DNA of 32,000 bases from an uncultured archaeon (GCA_964551375.1 CAZKBG010000001.1:897329-929328), one strand, 5' to 3'; positions 1-8,913 are shown, numbered from the stretch's first letter. Program-made: numbers and translations. The notes: generated by a model from the letters alone, not told the origin.

Positions 1-2
1 CA

Positions 3-983
3 GGAGAAGCTGTTGGAATAGTTGCAGCGCAGTCCCTTGGAGAGCCAGGAACACAATTAACATTAAGAACAAAGCACTTCGCAGGAGCTGCGGAAGTATC
101 CGTTGGTTCTGGAATTCAGAGAGTGGAAGAAATTGTTGACGGACGAAGCAAAGCAAAGTACCCGACAATGACAATATTTTTAGCAAGCGAATTTAGAAAA
201 GACAAGGACAAAGCTGAAAAATTCGCAAGAAGCTTAATTGATGTGAGAGTGCAGGATGTTGTAAAAATAAACGAAGACCTTGAAAACATGAAAGTTGCAA
301 TAGAAATCCAGACAGACAAGACAAAAGCACTTGGATTAAAATCAGACGATGTAGCTGAAATTTTAAAGAAAGGACTAAAAGACTTCAAAGCAATATACAG
401 AGACAACACAGTGCACTTCGCGGTTGAAAAGAAAAGCGAATACCTAAAAATCAGAAAAGAAATGCTAAAACTCTTGGATGAAAAAGTTCACGGAGTAAAA
501 GGAATAACAAAAACATTAATAGTAAAGGAAAAAACAAAAGACACTGAAGAGTTCGTTGTAAAAACAAGCGGAAGCAACCTAAAAGCCGTTTTAAAACTTG
601 AAGGAGTGGACAACGAAAGAGTATTCACTAACGACATAATTGAAACTTCAAAAGTATTAGGAATAGAAGCAGGAAGAAACCTTGTAGTAACAGAGCTGAA
701 GAAAGTTCTTGACGACAACGGAATCAAAGTTGATGTAAGACACATAATGCTTCTTGCGGACCTTATGACTTTCTCAGGAGAAGTAAAAGGAATAGTAAGA
801 ACAGGAATCACAAAAGGAAAAGCATCACCATTCGCAAGAGCTGCGTTCGAAGAAACAACAAAACACCTCCTTGAAGCAGCATTTAAGGGAGAGAGAGAAA
901 ACCTAACAGGAGTAGTAGAAAACATCATTGTTGGCCAGCCAATCAAAGTTGGAACAGGAATTGTTGAACTGCTAATGAAGTGA
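3..983 (+). CDS. rpoA2: DNA-directed RNA polymerase subunit A'' (5' truncated by window edge)
   Basis: The open frame extends upstream of the tracked ORF start (123) to the window edge and reads [47 protein letters not shown], the archaeal RpoA'' signature. Stop at 981-983. Confidence 0.96.
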   Translation, partial: GEAVGIVAAQSLGEPGTQLTLRTKHFAGAAEVSVGSGIQRVEEIVDGRSKAKYPTMTIFLASEFRKDKDKAEKFARSLIDVRVQDVVKINEDLENMKVAIEIQTDKTKALGLKSDDVAEILKKGLKDFKAIYRDNTVHFAVEKKSEYLKIRKEMLKLLDEKVHGVKGITKTLIVKEKTKDTEEFVVKTSGSNLKAVLKLEGVDNERVFTNDIIETSKVLGIEAGRNLVVTELKKVLDDNGIKVDVRHIMLLADLMTFSGEVKGIVRTGITKGKASPFARAAFEETTKHLLEAAFKGERENLTGVVENIIVGQPIKVGTGIVELLMK

Positions 984-1012
984 AAGATAGGATTGATTAA
1001 AGTTAAGGGATT

Positions 1013-1035
1013 TGGCGGGAAAAAGCTTCTCGCCA
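1013..1035 (+). terminator. Stem-loop TGGCGGGA-AAAAGCT-TCTCGCCA followed by GATTTTTA after rpoA2
   Basis: 8-bp stem with one G.U pair, 30 nt after the rpoA2 stop, followed by a T-rich run. Confidence 0.5.
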
Positions 1036-1062
1036 GATTTTTAAACCTTGGCTAAAGTTAAG

Positions 1063-1071
1063 TTTTATATT
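1063..1071 (+). promoter_or_regulatory. Candidate TATA box for rpl30e
   Basis: TTTATATTA about 95 nt upstream of the rpl30e ATG and just after the candidate terminator. Confidence 0.4.
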
Positions 1072-1165
1072 AAAGCCTTGAGAAGCATTAGAGCGGAGTA
1101 AGGTTAGAAAAGATTACTCATTCTAAGTTCGCGTTTTAGGGCTCATAACAGCAAAAGGTGAAATT

Positions 1166-1462
1166 ATGAGCGTAGATGCAAATAAGGAAATAAGAAGAGC
1201 AGTAGACACAGGAAAAGTAGCGTTCGGATTCAAACAATGCAAGAAAAAAATGCTTGCAAACGAAGGCGAAATGCTAATCGTGTCAAAAAACATGCCGAAA
1301 AACGATAGAGAAACTCTAAAGCAGATAGCAACAGTTGAAAGCAAAAAATACTACGAATACGACGGAACAGGACTAGTTCTTGGAAGCGTATGCGGAAAGC
1401 CGTTTGTTATATCAACAATGCTAATCCTTGACGCAGGAAAAAGCAAAGTGCTTGAAATCTAA
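1166..1462 (+). CDS. rpl30e: Ribosomal protein L30e (eL30)
   Basis: 98-aa protein matching the L30e/L7Ae-fold pattern. AAAAGGTGAAATT Shine-Dalgarno just upstream. Position after rpoA2 and before the NusA-like gene is typical. Confidence 0.93.
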   Translation: MSVDANKEIRRAVDTGKVAFGFKQCKKKMLANEGEMLIVSKNMPKNDRETLKQIATVESKKYYEYDGTGLVLGSVCGKPFVISTMLILDAGKSKVLEI

Positions 1463-1515
1463 AAATGGCGTGAATTTGCTGTAATTAATTTTGCAGCAAA
1501 ATTATTTTTATAAAA

Positions 1516-1923
1516 TTGGTGGGCGAAATGAAACTAACAATGGACGACTTATTATTAATGAGCGCGCTTGAAAAAGTTACAGGCGTCAGCGCAAAAGACT
1601 GCTTAGTTGAAGGACAATTGGTTTCATTCTTGATTAACGAAAAAGACATGGGCAAAGCAATAGGAAAAAAAGCAATAAATGTGAAAACCCTGCAGGAAAA
1701 GCTAAATAAAAGAATAGAACTGCTCCCTTATTTTGAAAAAGCGGAAGATGTATTTGCAAAATCACTTGAAATTGACTACGTTACTGCAAGAAAAACAGCT
1801 GATAAAATAATTGTAATGCTTGATGCGCAGAATAAGGCAAAAGCATTCAAAAACAACTCCAGAATAAAAAGAGTTAGAGAAATAATTCAGAGAAATTTTG
1901 GACTTGAACTAGTTATAAGTTAA
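1516..1923 (+). CDS. nusA: Archaeal NusA-like KH-domain transcription factor
   Basis: KH-type pattern (VSFLINEKDMGKAIGKKAINVKTLQEKLNKRIELLPY) and conserved position downstream of rpl30e. The start may be the internal ATG at 1528. Confidence 0.88.
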   Translation: MVGEMKLTMDDLLLMSALEKVTGVSAKDCLVEGQLVSFLINEKDMGKAIGKKAINVKTLQEKLNKRIELLPYFEKAEDVFAKSLEIDYVTARKTADKIIVMLDAQNKAKAFKNNSRIKRVREIIQRNFGLELVIS

Positions 1924-1985
1924 AAGAACTGCTATGCTAAACTGGATATTTCTCCATAAGTGCCTGGCTAAAATTGTTAGGCTTA

Positions 1986-2549
1986 TTAGTTGGGTTTTTT
2001 CACATTCTCAATAATTTTTTCAAGAAGCGGCTTAAATTCATTATATCCGGAAGCCGAATTAAAATGCCCCGCGTTTGGAATCATCACAAATTCTCCGCCA
2101 AGCTTCTCGATTAATTCTTTTGACTTCTCCATTGGCACCCAAGGGTCGTTGTTTGAAGCAAACATCACAAATTTTCTTGATTTGGATTTTATTTTAACCC
2201 AGTCAAAGTTTCTTTCTGCCAAGTTTTTATTTAATTTATCAATATCTTTTCCAAGCGCGCCAGTGAATCCCGCGACAAAATAACATCCAACTGCTGGAGA
2301 CTTTAATTTTTCAAGAACTGAAAGAATAAATGCGCACCCAACGCTGTGCCCGATAAAAATTGCCCCCTCATCCAAATCCTTAATGTACTTGTCAATCATG
2401 TGCATCCAAATATCAATAGTCTGCCCCTGAGGAGTGGGTAAGTCAGGAACAACAACATCAATTCCTAATTTTGAAAGATTCTGCCTCAGCCAAGGCAGCC
2501 AATTCTCTTTGGAATTTCCAAAAGCGCCGTGAATAATAAAAGCCTTCAT
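1986..2549 (-). CDS. RBBP9/YdeN-like alpha/beta serine hydrolase
   Basis: HGAFGNSKENWLPWL, nucleophile elbow GHSVG, NNDPWVP, and PNAGHFN with the catalytic His. Confidence 0.85.
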   Translation of the reverse strand: MKAFIIHGAFGNSKENWLPWLRQNLSKLGIDVVVPDLPTPQGQTIDIWMHMIDKYIKDLDEGAIFIGHSVGCAFILSVLEKLKSPAVGCYFVAGFTGALGKDIDKLNKNLAERNFDWVKIKSKSRKFVMFASNNDPWVPMEKSKELIEKLGGEFVMIPNAGHFNSASGYNEFKPLLEKIIENVKKPN

Positions 2550-2583
2550 AAAAACACCAAAGTAAAAAGAACGCTATAGTATA

Positions 2584-3315
2584 TTATTCTATTGGATTAA
2601 GCTTCCAATAAATCCTTCTATTCTCTGCGCCCTTATTTTTCATATCTGTAATTATAATTTTCCCGACTTCTTTAGTGCTTTTTACGTGAGTTCCGCCGTC
2701 GGCCTGGACATCAAAATCGCCGATTGAGAGAATTCTAAACACAGGAATATCCTTTGGAAGCTTGTCCTTGAGCCTAAAAAGCTCGGGCCTTTCAAGAGCT
2801 TTTTCCCTTTCTTCAAAAGAAATCACAATCGGCAAATCTTTTGCAACAATTTCATTGGCCTTATCCTGAATTGAAGTAAGATACGCCCTGTCAAAATCTT
2901 TTACTGAAAAATCCATTCTGGATTCTTCTGCCCCTAATTGATTTCCTGTAATTAAATTTTTTGTTTCTTGAAAAATAATTGCTGCTAAGATGTGCGCGCT
3001 TGTGTGCATCCGCATATGCTTATATCTCAAATCCCAGTCAATCACACACTTTACTTCATCGCCGATTTTTAACCCCTCTCCATTTTCAAGCTCGTGCAAA
3101 GTTAGATTATTTTCATTTTTAACCGAAATAACTTTGAATACTTTTGAGTCAGAAAGGCGGGTAATTGTTCCAGTGTCGCTTGGCTGTCCTCCGCTTTGGG
3201 CATAAAAAACTGTTTTATCCAGCTCAATTTTATTTGGATTAATCGGGTCAATGAGAGTAATTTTAGAAATGCATTCTTTGATGTATGAATACTTTAAATG
3301 AATCTTTTCAATCAT
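2584..3315 (-). CDS. alaX: AlaX-type alanyl-tRNA editing protein
   Basis: FYAQSGGQPSDTGTI, HTSAHILA (HxxxH zinc motif), GGTHVKSTKEVG and a C-terminal IITDMKNKGAENRRIYWKL region typical of the AlaRS editing domain. Confidence 0.9.
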   Translation of the reverse strand: MIEKIHLKYSYIKECISKITLIDPINPNKIELDKTVFYAQSGGQPSDTGTITRLSDSKVFKVISVKNENNLTLHELENGEGLKIGDEVKCVIDWDLRYKHMRMHTSAHILAAIIFQETKNLITGNQLGAEESRMDFSVKDFDRAYLTSIQDKANEIVAKDLPIVISFEEREKALERPELFRLKDKLPKDIPVFRILSIGDFDVQADGGTHVKSTKEVGKIIITDMKNKGAENRRIYWKLNPIE

Positions 3316-3339
3316 GCAATAAAACTGAAATAAAGGGTT

Positions 3340-4185
3340 TTAATTCGTATTTGATAACTGCTCTTTTAAAAATATTTTAGTCAAAGGCTTGTGATTTTCC
3401 CTAAAACCCGCGGAAAGCGCGGCTAAATATTTATCTTTGTTTTTGAATAAAGGATTGATAAATGAAAATCCGTTTTTTTCAAGAATCAAATTTGAAATAA
3501 GAAGCGCTGGGAAGTAATTCCCCTGAGAAAAAGGGCTGATTGAAGAAAATTTAGCATGAAATTTTGCGGAAAACTCAATAGGGTGGATTAATTTTGATTT
3601 TTCATTAATCCATTCAAGAAGAATGTTCATTAAACTCTCAATCTCATTTGGAGAAGGGAACCTAAAAGGCTCAACTGAGGGGAGATCTGTTGCGCGGTAT
3701 CCAAAATGCTGGTTTGAACTGTAAATAGAATTATGCAAATCAATAATTGATTCCTTTGAAATCGGGACATTTGATTTTAGAAGCTCTTCATACTTAAAAA
3801 TGCATTTTTCAAACTTAAATTCGCCCTTTTTTTTAGATTCAAGCAAATATGCTTTGATAAGTTCAACTCTTTTTGTGTGCAAATTAGCAAGCAGCTGGTT
3901 TGAAGGAGTAAGTTTTTGCGCTTTTAGCCTCTTTTTCCTCAACTTGTCATGGATTTTGGCGGTTCGATTTGAAATAAACTCAGTCAAAGGCGGAGTAAGA
4001 ATTGGGTGGTTAAATTTGGCGCATTTCTTTTTTAGTTCATCAAATGCTTTGAGCAAAATCTCGTTTGAAGGGCTGATGGGGCCAAGATAAATGCTTGGCT
4101 TTAGCAGTTTACCCCCGTGGAGAAATGACTCCTCAAGATAATAGTACTTGTTTTTTTTGACAAAACGCTGGCTGATGTAGCTCAT
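3340..4185 (-). CDS. Fic/DOC-fold protein with degenerate active-site motif
   Basis: GYRATDLPSVEPFRFPSPNEIESLMNILLEWIN followed by HPIEFSAKFHAKFSSISPFSQGNYFPALLISNLIL, which aligns to the Fic core HxxFxxIHPFxxGNGRxxR. The His and the GNGR are not preserved. Confidence 0.85.
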   Translation of the reverse strand: MSYISQRFVKKNKYYYLEESFLHGGKLLKPSIYLGPISPSNEILLKAFDELKKKCAKFNHPILTPPLTEFISNRTAKIHDKLRKKRLKAQKLTPSNQLLANLHTKRVELIKAYLLESKKKGEFKFEKCIFKYEELLKSNVPISKESIIDLHNSIYSSNQHFGYRATDLPSVEPFRFPSPNEIESLMNILLEWINEKSKLIHPIEFSAKFHAKFSSISPFSQGNYFPALLISNLILEKNGFSFINPLFKNKDKYLAALSAGFRENHKPLTKIFLKEQLSNTN

Positions 4186-4282
4186 AATAGAGTTTTAGGC
4201 GGATAAGCATATAAATTTGTGGTGATAACTAACTTGAAGGGTTTTGTGAGCATTTAAAAAGATTTGCTTTAAGGAGTTAGAT

Positions 4283-4293
4283 AGTTGGTGAGC
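4283..4293 (+). repeat. AGTTGGTGAGC element in the rps12 leader (second copy in the rpl3 leader)
   Basis: Exact 11-nt match to 22561-22571. Confidence 0.6.
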
Positions 4294-4306
4294 AGGAAAC
4301 AAAATT

Positions 4307-4332
4307 TCTTGACTTATGTTAAGTGTCGAAGA
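4307..4332 (+). promoter_or_regulatory. Bulged stem-loop in the rps12 leader adjacent to the Shine-Dalgarno
   Basis: TCTTGACTTA-TGT-TAAG(TG)TC(G)AAGA, ending at the GAGTGAT SD-like sequence (4331-4337) just before the ATG at 4341. Confidence 0.35.
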
Positions 4333-4340
4333 GTGATTAA

Positions 4341-4772
4341 ATGGGTAATGGAGAATTTGCAGGTTCAGGAATGGAAAAAAAGCGAAGAAAGTGGAGAAAG
4401 AAAGACGCTAGATCCATAAAGAAAACAAGACTAAAGAATAATATTTTCAAAGACTTATTAGAAGGAGCGCCTCAAGGAAGAGGAATCGTACTCGAAAAAA
4501 GAGGAGTTGAAGCAAAACAGCCAAACTCAGGAATTCGAAAGTGCGTAAGAGTTCAGCTTATTAAAAACGGAAGAGAACTAACAGCTCTTGCGCCATACGA
4601 CGGAGCAATAAAATTCATTGATGAACATGATGAAGTTGTTGTTGAAGGACTTGGCGGAGCACAGAACGGACCAAAAGGCGACTTGTGGGGAGTTAAGTAC
4701 AGAGTAACTCACGTAAACGGAATTAGCCTTGAAATGCTAAGAACAGGAAAGAAAGAGAAGACAAAAAGGTAA
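4341..4772 (+). CDS. rps12: Ribosomal protein S12 (uS12)
   Basis: [63 protein letters not shown]. Confidence 0.97.
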   Translation: MGNGEFAGSGMEKKRRKWRKKDARSIKKTRLKNNIFKDLLEGAPQGRGIVLEKRGVEAKQPNSGIRKCVRVQLIKNGRELTALAPYDGAIKFIDEHDEVVVEGLGGAQNGPKGDLWGVKYRVTHVNGISLEMLRTGKKEKTKR

Positions 4773-4803
4773 AGTTTAGTTTTACAAATCTGAGGATGAT
4801 GGA

Positions 4804-5616
4804 ATGGATAAAGTTGAAGCAAAAGTTGAAGCAAAAGTTGCACCAGCTGCGGCTGAAGCACCAAAAACAGCTCCTGCTCAAAAAGCAGAGCATGCAAAAG
4901 AAGCTAAGCAGGAAGCAAAAGCTAGCGCAAAAGCGCCCGCTGCAAAAAGCGCAGAGCACCCAAAGACTGAAGAAGCAAAACCATTTTTTGTAAAAAAGAA
5001 AAGCCAATTCTCAGATTATAAACTATTCAACAAGTGGTCATTTAACGATGTAATGATAACAGACCCAAGCCTTGTAAAATACATGAACATAGACCCAATC
5101 ATTATCCCTCATTCATTTGGAAGAAAGACGCAGGGAAGATTTGAAAAAGCAAATTTGAATGTTGTAGAAAGACTTGTAAACAAAATAATGAGGTCCGGAC
5201 AAGGAAAAAGAAAACTATCAGGCAAATTCATAAGAGGCAGAGGAAGCTGCGGAAAGAAAATGGAAGCAATGCAGATAGTTGAAGGCGCATTTGAAATAAT
5301 TGAAAAGCAGAAGAAGCAAAACCCTATTCAGGTTCTTGTAAAAGCTGTTGAAAACTCAGCTCCAAGAGAAGATGTAACAAGAATCAAAAGAGGGGGAGTT
5401 GCATACTCACTTGCTGTTGATGTTTCACCATTAAAGAGACTTGATGAAGCAATCAAAAATATCGCGCTTGGAGGATTTGGAGCATCATTTAATAAAAAAG
5501 TGAGCGCAAGTCAGGCTCTAGCAGACGAAATAATAGCTGCAGCAGGAAATGATATTAAAAGCTCGGCAATAAAGAGAAAAGATGAAGTTGAAAGAATCGC
5601 AAAAGCATCAAGGTAA
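4804..5616 (+). CDS. rps7: Ribosomal protein S7 (uS7) with ~60-aa Lys/Ala/Glu-rich N-terminal extension
   Basis: The core NPIQVLVKAVENSAPREDVTRIKRGGVAYSLAVDVSPLKRLDEAIKNIALG identifies uS7. The first ~60 aa are low-complexity (MDKVEAKVEAKVAPAAAEAPKTAPAQKAEHAKEAKQEAKASAKAPAAKSAEH). Confidence 0.95.
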   Translation: MDKVEAKVEAKVAPAAAEAPKTAPAQKAEHAKEAKQEAKASAKAPAAKSAEHPKTEEAKPFFVKKKSQFSDYKLFNKWSFNDVMITDPSLVKYMNIDPIIIPHSFGRKTQGRFEKANLNVVERLVNKIMRSGQGKRKLSGKFIRGRGSCGKKMEAMQIVEGAFEIIEKQKKQNPIQVLVKAVENSAPREDVTRIKRGGVAYSLAVDVSPLKRLDEAIKNIALGGFGASFNKKVSASQALADEIIAAAGNDIKSSAIKRKDEVERIAKASR

Positions 5617-5638
5617 TTGATAAAACTTTTAGCGAAAC

Positions 5639-5661
5639 TTGCGGGACTCAATGTCCTGCAA
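5639..5661 (+). terminator. Stem-loop TTGCGGGAC-TCAAT-GTCCTGCAA plus AATTATTTTTA between rps7 and aEF2
   Basis: 9-bp stem with one G.U pair and a T-rich tail. Could be a terminator or attenuator. Confidence 0.5.
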
Positions 5662-5726
5662 AATTATTTTTACTTTCTTTGACTCAGGTGAGGGTTGAAG
5701 AGGTTAAGCATAAATTGGTGGTTAAT

Positions 5727-7925
5727 TTGGGACGAACAGAATCAATGGTTGAATTAGTAGAAACATTAATGAGCAACAGAGATCATATCCGAAACATCGG
5801 AACAGTAGCGCACATCGATCACGGCAAAACTACTTTATCTGACTCGCTAATCGCAGCAGCAGGACTAATTAACCAAGACTTGGCAGGCCAAGTACAGATG
5901 ATGGATTACGAAGACCAGGAACAGGACAGAGGAATCACAATTAACGCCGCTAACATATCACTTGCATTTGACTGGAAAAACCAGAAATACTTAGTAAACT
6001 TAATTGACACACCAGGACACGTTGACTTCACAGGAGAAGTAATTAGAGCAATGAGAGCCGTTGACGGAGTAATACTATTAGTTGACGCAGTTGAAGGAGT
6101 AATGCCTCAGACTGAAACAGTAATAAGACAAGCTCTAAGAGAATATGTTCGGCCTGTTTTATTCATAAATAAAGTTGACAGAATTATAAAGGAATTAAAC
6201 GCAAACGAACAGCAAATGCAGGAAAAGTTCGTAAAAGTAATTGCAAAAGTTAACACTTTAATTGAAAGAAACGCTCCTGAACAATTCAAAAGCGAATGGC
6301 AGGTAAGCATACAAAAAGGAACTGTGGCATTCGGCTCAGCTAAAAAGAAATGGGGAGTAAGCGCGCAGTACATGCAAAAATCAGGGATAAACTTCAAACA
6401 GGTTTATGATTATTTAAAAAACGACAAGCAGGAAGAACTTGCAAAAATATCTCCAGTGCACGAAGTAGTACTGCAGATGGTTGCAGAACACCTTCCAAGC
6501 CCAAAGAAAGCGCAGACATACAGAATACAAAAAATCTGGAATGGGGACATGACAATCCCTGCAGCAAAATCAATGACAACTTGCGACGAAAAAGGACCGA
6601 TAACAATGGTTGTTACAGATGTATCAGTTGACCCTCACGCAGGGGATGTTGCAACAGGAAGAATATACTCAGGAACTTTAGCTCCAGGCGCAATGGTTCA
6701 CTTACTGGGAGCTCATAGAGAAGTAAAAGTATCAAAAGTTGGAGTATACATGGGAAACGAATTTGTTACAATATCAAAAGCAGAAGCAGGAAATATTGCA
6801 GCAATCGTTGGAACAAAAGATATTTACGCAGGAGAAACAGTTGCTACAGATAAAGAAGTAAAGCCGTTTGAAAGCTTCATGAGTAACGCTGAACCAGTAA
6901 TGACAGTTTCAATTGAAGCAAAGAATCCAAAAGATTTGCCAAAATTAATTGAAGCACTAAGAAAATTATCCAAAGAAGATCCTAACTTAAGAACAACAAT
7001 CAACCAAGAAACAGGAGAACACTTACTATCAGGAATGGGAGAATTGCACTTAGAAGTTAACACATACAGAATTGTTAACAACCACAAAATTGAGATTCAG
7101 ACATCTCCTCCAATCGTTGTTTTCCACGAAGGAATAGAAGGCGAGAGCGCAGTGCTTGAAGCAAAGTCACCAAACAAACACAACAAATTCAAGTTGAGAG
7201 TTGTGCCAATGCCTGAAAATATTTACCAAAAACTATCTGAACTAACTACTCCAATCGGAAAAGTAAAGTTCAAAAACGCTGACTCAATTGCAAAACTACA
7301 AGCAGTTGGATTCTCAACTGATGACTCAAAGAAAGTATGGGCAGTTGAAGGAAACAGCGCATTAATAGACAAGACAAGAGGAATCACAGCTCTGCACGAA
7401 ATTAGAGAACTAGTAATCCAGGCATTTAAGGACGCAATAGAACAGGGTCCACTTGCAAAAGAAAAATGCCAAGGAATTTTAGTAGAACTTGACGATGCAA
7501 CTCTGCACGAAGACTCAATCCACAGAGGACCAGCACAAGTACTGCCAGCAGTAACACGCGGAATATACGCATGCATGCTGCAAGCAGGAACAATGCTGTA
7601 CGAACCAAAACAGTTATTGACTGTGACAGTTCCAGAAGACCAAATGGGAGCAGCTTCACGCGAATTAGGCGGAAGAAGAGTGCAGATTACAGAAATGAGA
7701 CAAGAAGGAGACTCATCAATCATAATCGGAAAAGCTCCGGTAAAAGAATTAATCGGGTTCTCAAGCGCAATGAGAGGCGCAACACAAGGAAGAGCAGTAT
7801 GGACAGCAGAATACTACGGATACGAACTACTTCCAAGAGACTTGCAGCTCTCAACTGTAAAAGAAATCAGAAAGAGAAAAGGAATGCCAGACGAAATCAA
7901 AACATGGCAGTTCTTCCTAGATTAA
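5727..7925 (+). CDS. fusA: Translation elongation factor 2 (aEF2)
   Basis: NIGTVAHIDHGKTTLSDSLIAAAG, NLIDTPGHVDFTGEV, FINKVDR, and the diphthamide-site motif DSIHRGPAQ. The tracked ORF opens at 5679. A TTG start at 5727 (LGRTESMVELVETLM, preceded by GGTGGT) or the ATG at 5745 fits the family N-terminus better. Confidence 0.96.
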   Translation: MGRTESMVELVETLMSNRDHIRNIGTVAHIDHGKTTLSDSLIAAAGLINQDLAGQVQMMDYEDQEQDRGITINAANISLAFDWKNQKYLVNLIDTPGHVDFTGEVIRAMRAVDGVILLVDAVEGVMPQTETVIRQALREYVRPVLFINKVDRIIKELNANEQQMQEKFVKVIAKVNTLIERNAPEQFKSEWQVSIQKGTVAFGSAKKKWGVSAQYMQKSGINFKQVYDYLKNDKQEELAKISPVHEVVLQMVAEHLPSPKKAQTYRIQKIWNGDMTIPAAKSMTTCDEKGPITMVVTDVSVDPHAGDVATGRIYSGTLAPGAMVHLLGAHREVKVSKVGVYMGNEFVTISKAEAGNIAAIVGTKDIYAGETVATDKEVKPFESFMSNAEPVMTVSIEAKNPKDLPKLIEALRKLSKEDPNLRTTINQETGEHLLSGMGELHLEVNTYRIVNNHKIEIQTSPPIVVFHEGIEGESAVLEAKSPNKHNKFKLRVVPMPENIYQKLSELTTPIGKVKFKNADSIAKLQAVGFSTDDSKKVWAVEGNSALIDKTRGITALHEIRELVIQAFKDAIEQGPLAKEKCQGILVELDDATLHEDSIHRGPAQVLPAVTRGIYACMLQAGTMLYEPKQLLTVTVPEDQMGAASRELGGRRVQITEMRQEGDSSIIIGKAPVKELIGFSSAMRGATQGRAVWTAEYYGYELLPRDLQLSTVKEIRKRKGMPDEIKTWQFFLD

Positions 7926-7936
7926 ACACTAACTTA

Positions 7937-7960
7937 GTACAATCGCAAATGCGGTTGTAC
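7937..7960 (+). terminator. Terminator stem-loop GTACAATCGC-AAAT-GCGGTTGTAC followed by TTTTCTATTTTTTT
   Basis: 10-bp stem with one G.U pair, 4-nt loop and a poly-T tract between the convergent fusA and amidohydrolase genes. Confidence 0.75.
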
Positions 7961-8012
7961 TTTTCTATTTTTTTAGATTTTAATTTTTTTTGAATTTATT
8001 TTTTTTAACTAG

Positions 8013-8807
8013 TTATAACTTAAACAGCTTTTCGGCGTTGCCGTGCATTGTTAATTCAAGTTCTTTTTTAGTAAAATCAAGGCTTTTTGTGAAATCAATA
8101 TAAGGTTTTGCTGGAGTTAGGGGAAAGTCAGTTCCGAATAGGAGCTTATGCCCGGCTTCGTAATTGATTAAGTCATTCATTTTTGCTTTCATCAATGGGT
8201 AGAGGCGAGCTTGGGTTTCATAATAAAAGAATCCTGAAATATCAGCATATACATTCTCGTTCTTGTACAAAACTTCCATCGCATCAATAATCCAAGGATT
8301 GCCGCAGTGAGCCATTATTATTTTTAGTTTAGGATTATCCACTGCAAGCTCGTCAATCTGAAGCGGATGGGAGAATTTTAGTTTAGCTGTCTCGTAAAGA
8401 GTATCCCCTGTGTGAAACATAATTGGAAAATCATATTTTTCACAAAGCTCATAAAAAGGCTCAAGAAGTTTGTCATTAACAAAAATATGCTGATATCCTA
8501 AATACACTTTCACTCCGACAATTTTCGTTTGTTTGAATAATTCCTCAATTTCTTTCTTTTGTTTTCCTAAATCTTCCCTAATGTCAATTCCTGCAATCAC
8601 TTTAAACGAGTCCGAAACTTTGTATTTCTCAATCACATCAATACTTTCCTGATTTGTGAGAAGCTCTGGATTAATTTTTCCGCCAATAACAATTGAGGTA
8701 TCAATTTTATTTGCTTTCATTTCCTTATGCAAGTCAAGAATGGTGACATTTTCAAGTCCAAGAGCTGGGCTCTTCCAAAAATGAGTGTGCGCGTTAATAA
8801 TTTTCAT
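8013..8807 (-). CDS. Amidohydrolase-family (amidohydrolase-2-like TIM barrel) metal-dependent hydrolase
   Basis: N-terminal NAHTHFW, central MFHTGD, IMAHCGNPW, YADISG and LLFGTDFPLTP motifs. Confidence 0.85.
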   Translation of the reverse strand: MKIINAHTHFWKSPALGLENVTILDLHKEMKANKIDTSIVIGGKINPELLTNQESIDVIEKYKVSDSFKVIAGIDIREDLGKQKKEIEELFKQTKIVGVKVYLGYQHIFVNDKLLEPFYELCEKYDFPIMFHTGDTLYETAKLKFSHPLQIDELAVDNPKLKIIMAHCGNPWIIDAMEVLYKNENVYADISGFFYYETQARLYPLMKAKMNDLINYEAGHKLLFGTDFPLTPAKPYIDFTKSLDFTKKELELTMHGNAEKLFKL

Positions 8808-8913
8808 AAAAAAACCTTTTTTATTAATTCTTGTTTATTTTTGCTTACTTTATTTATTATCAGTGCAAAAAGTTCTTAATAGAGTGGCAAAATCAGCTTG
8901 CTTTATTTTGAAA

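Noticed and set aside
1962-1983. GCCTGGC/GTTAGGC stem as a strong terminator after the NusA-like gene
   Set aside because: It has two G.U pairs and only 7 bp, and the T-run is separated from it, so it is too weak to list as a feature.
3340-4185. Fic plus neighbouring ORFs as a Fic/Doc-type toxin-antitoxin module
   Set aside because: No adjacent antitoxin-sized Phd/FicA ORF. The catalytic motif is degenerate, and the neighbours are AlaX and S12.
7223-7723. 166-aa minus-strand ORF inside aEF2
   Set aside because: Antisense of a conserved EF2 coding region. Long opposite-strand ORFs recur throughout the window because of codon bias.
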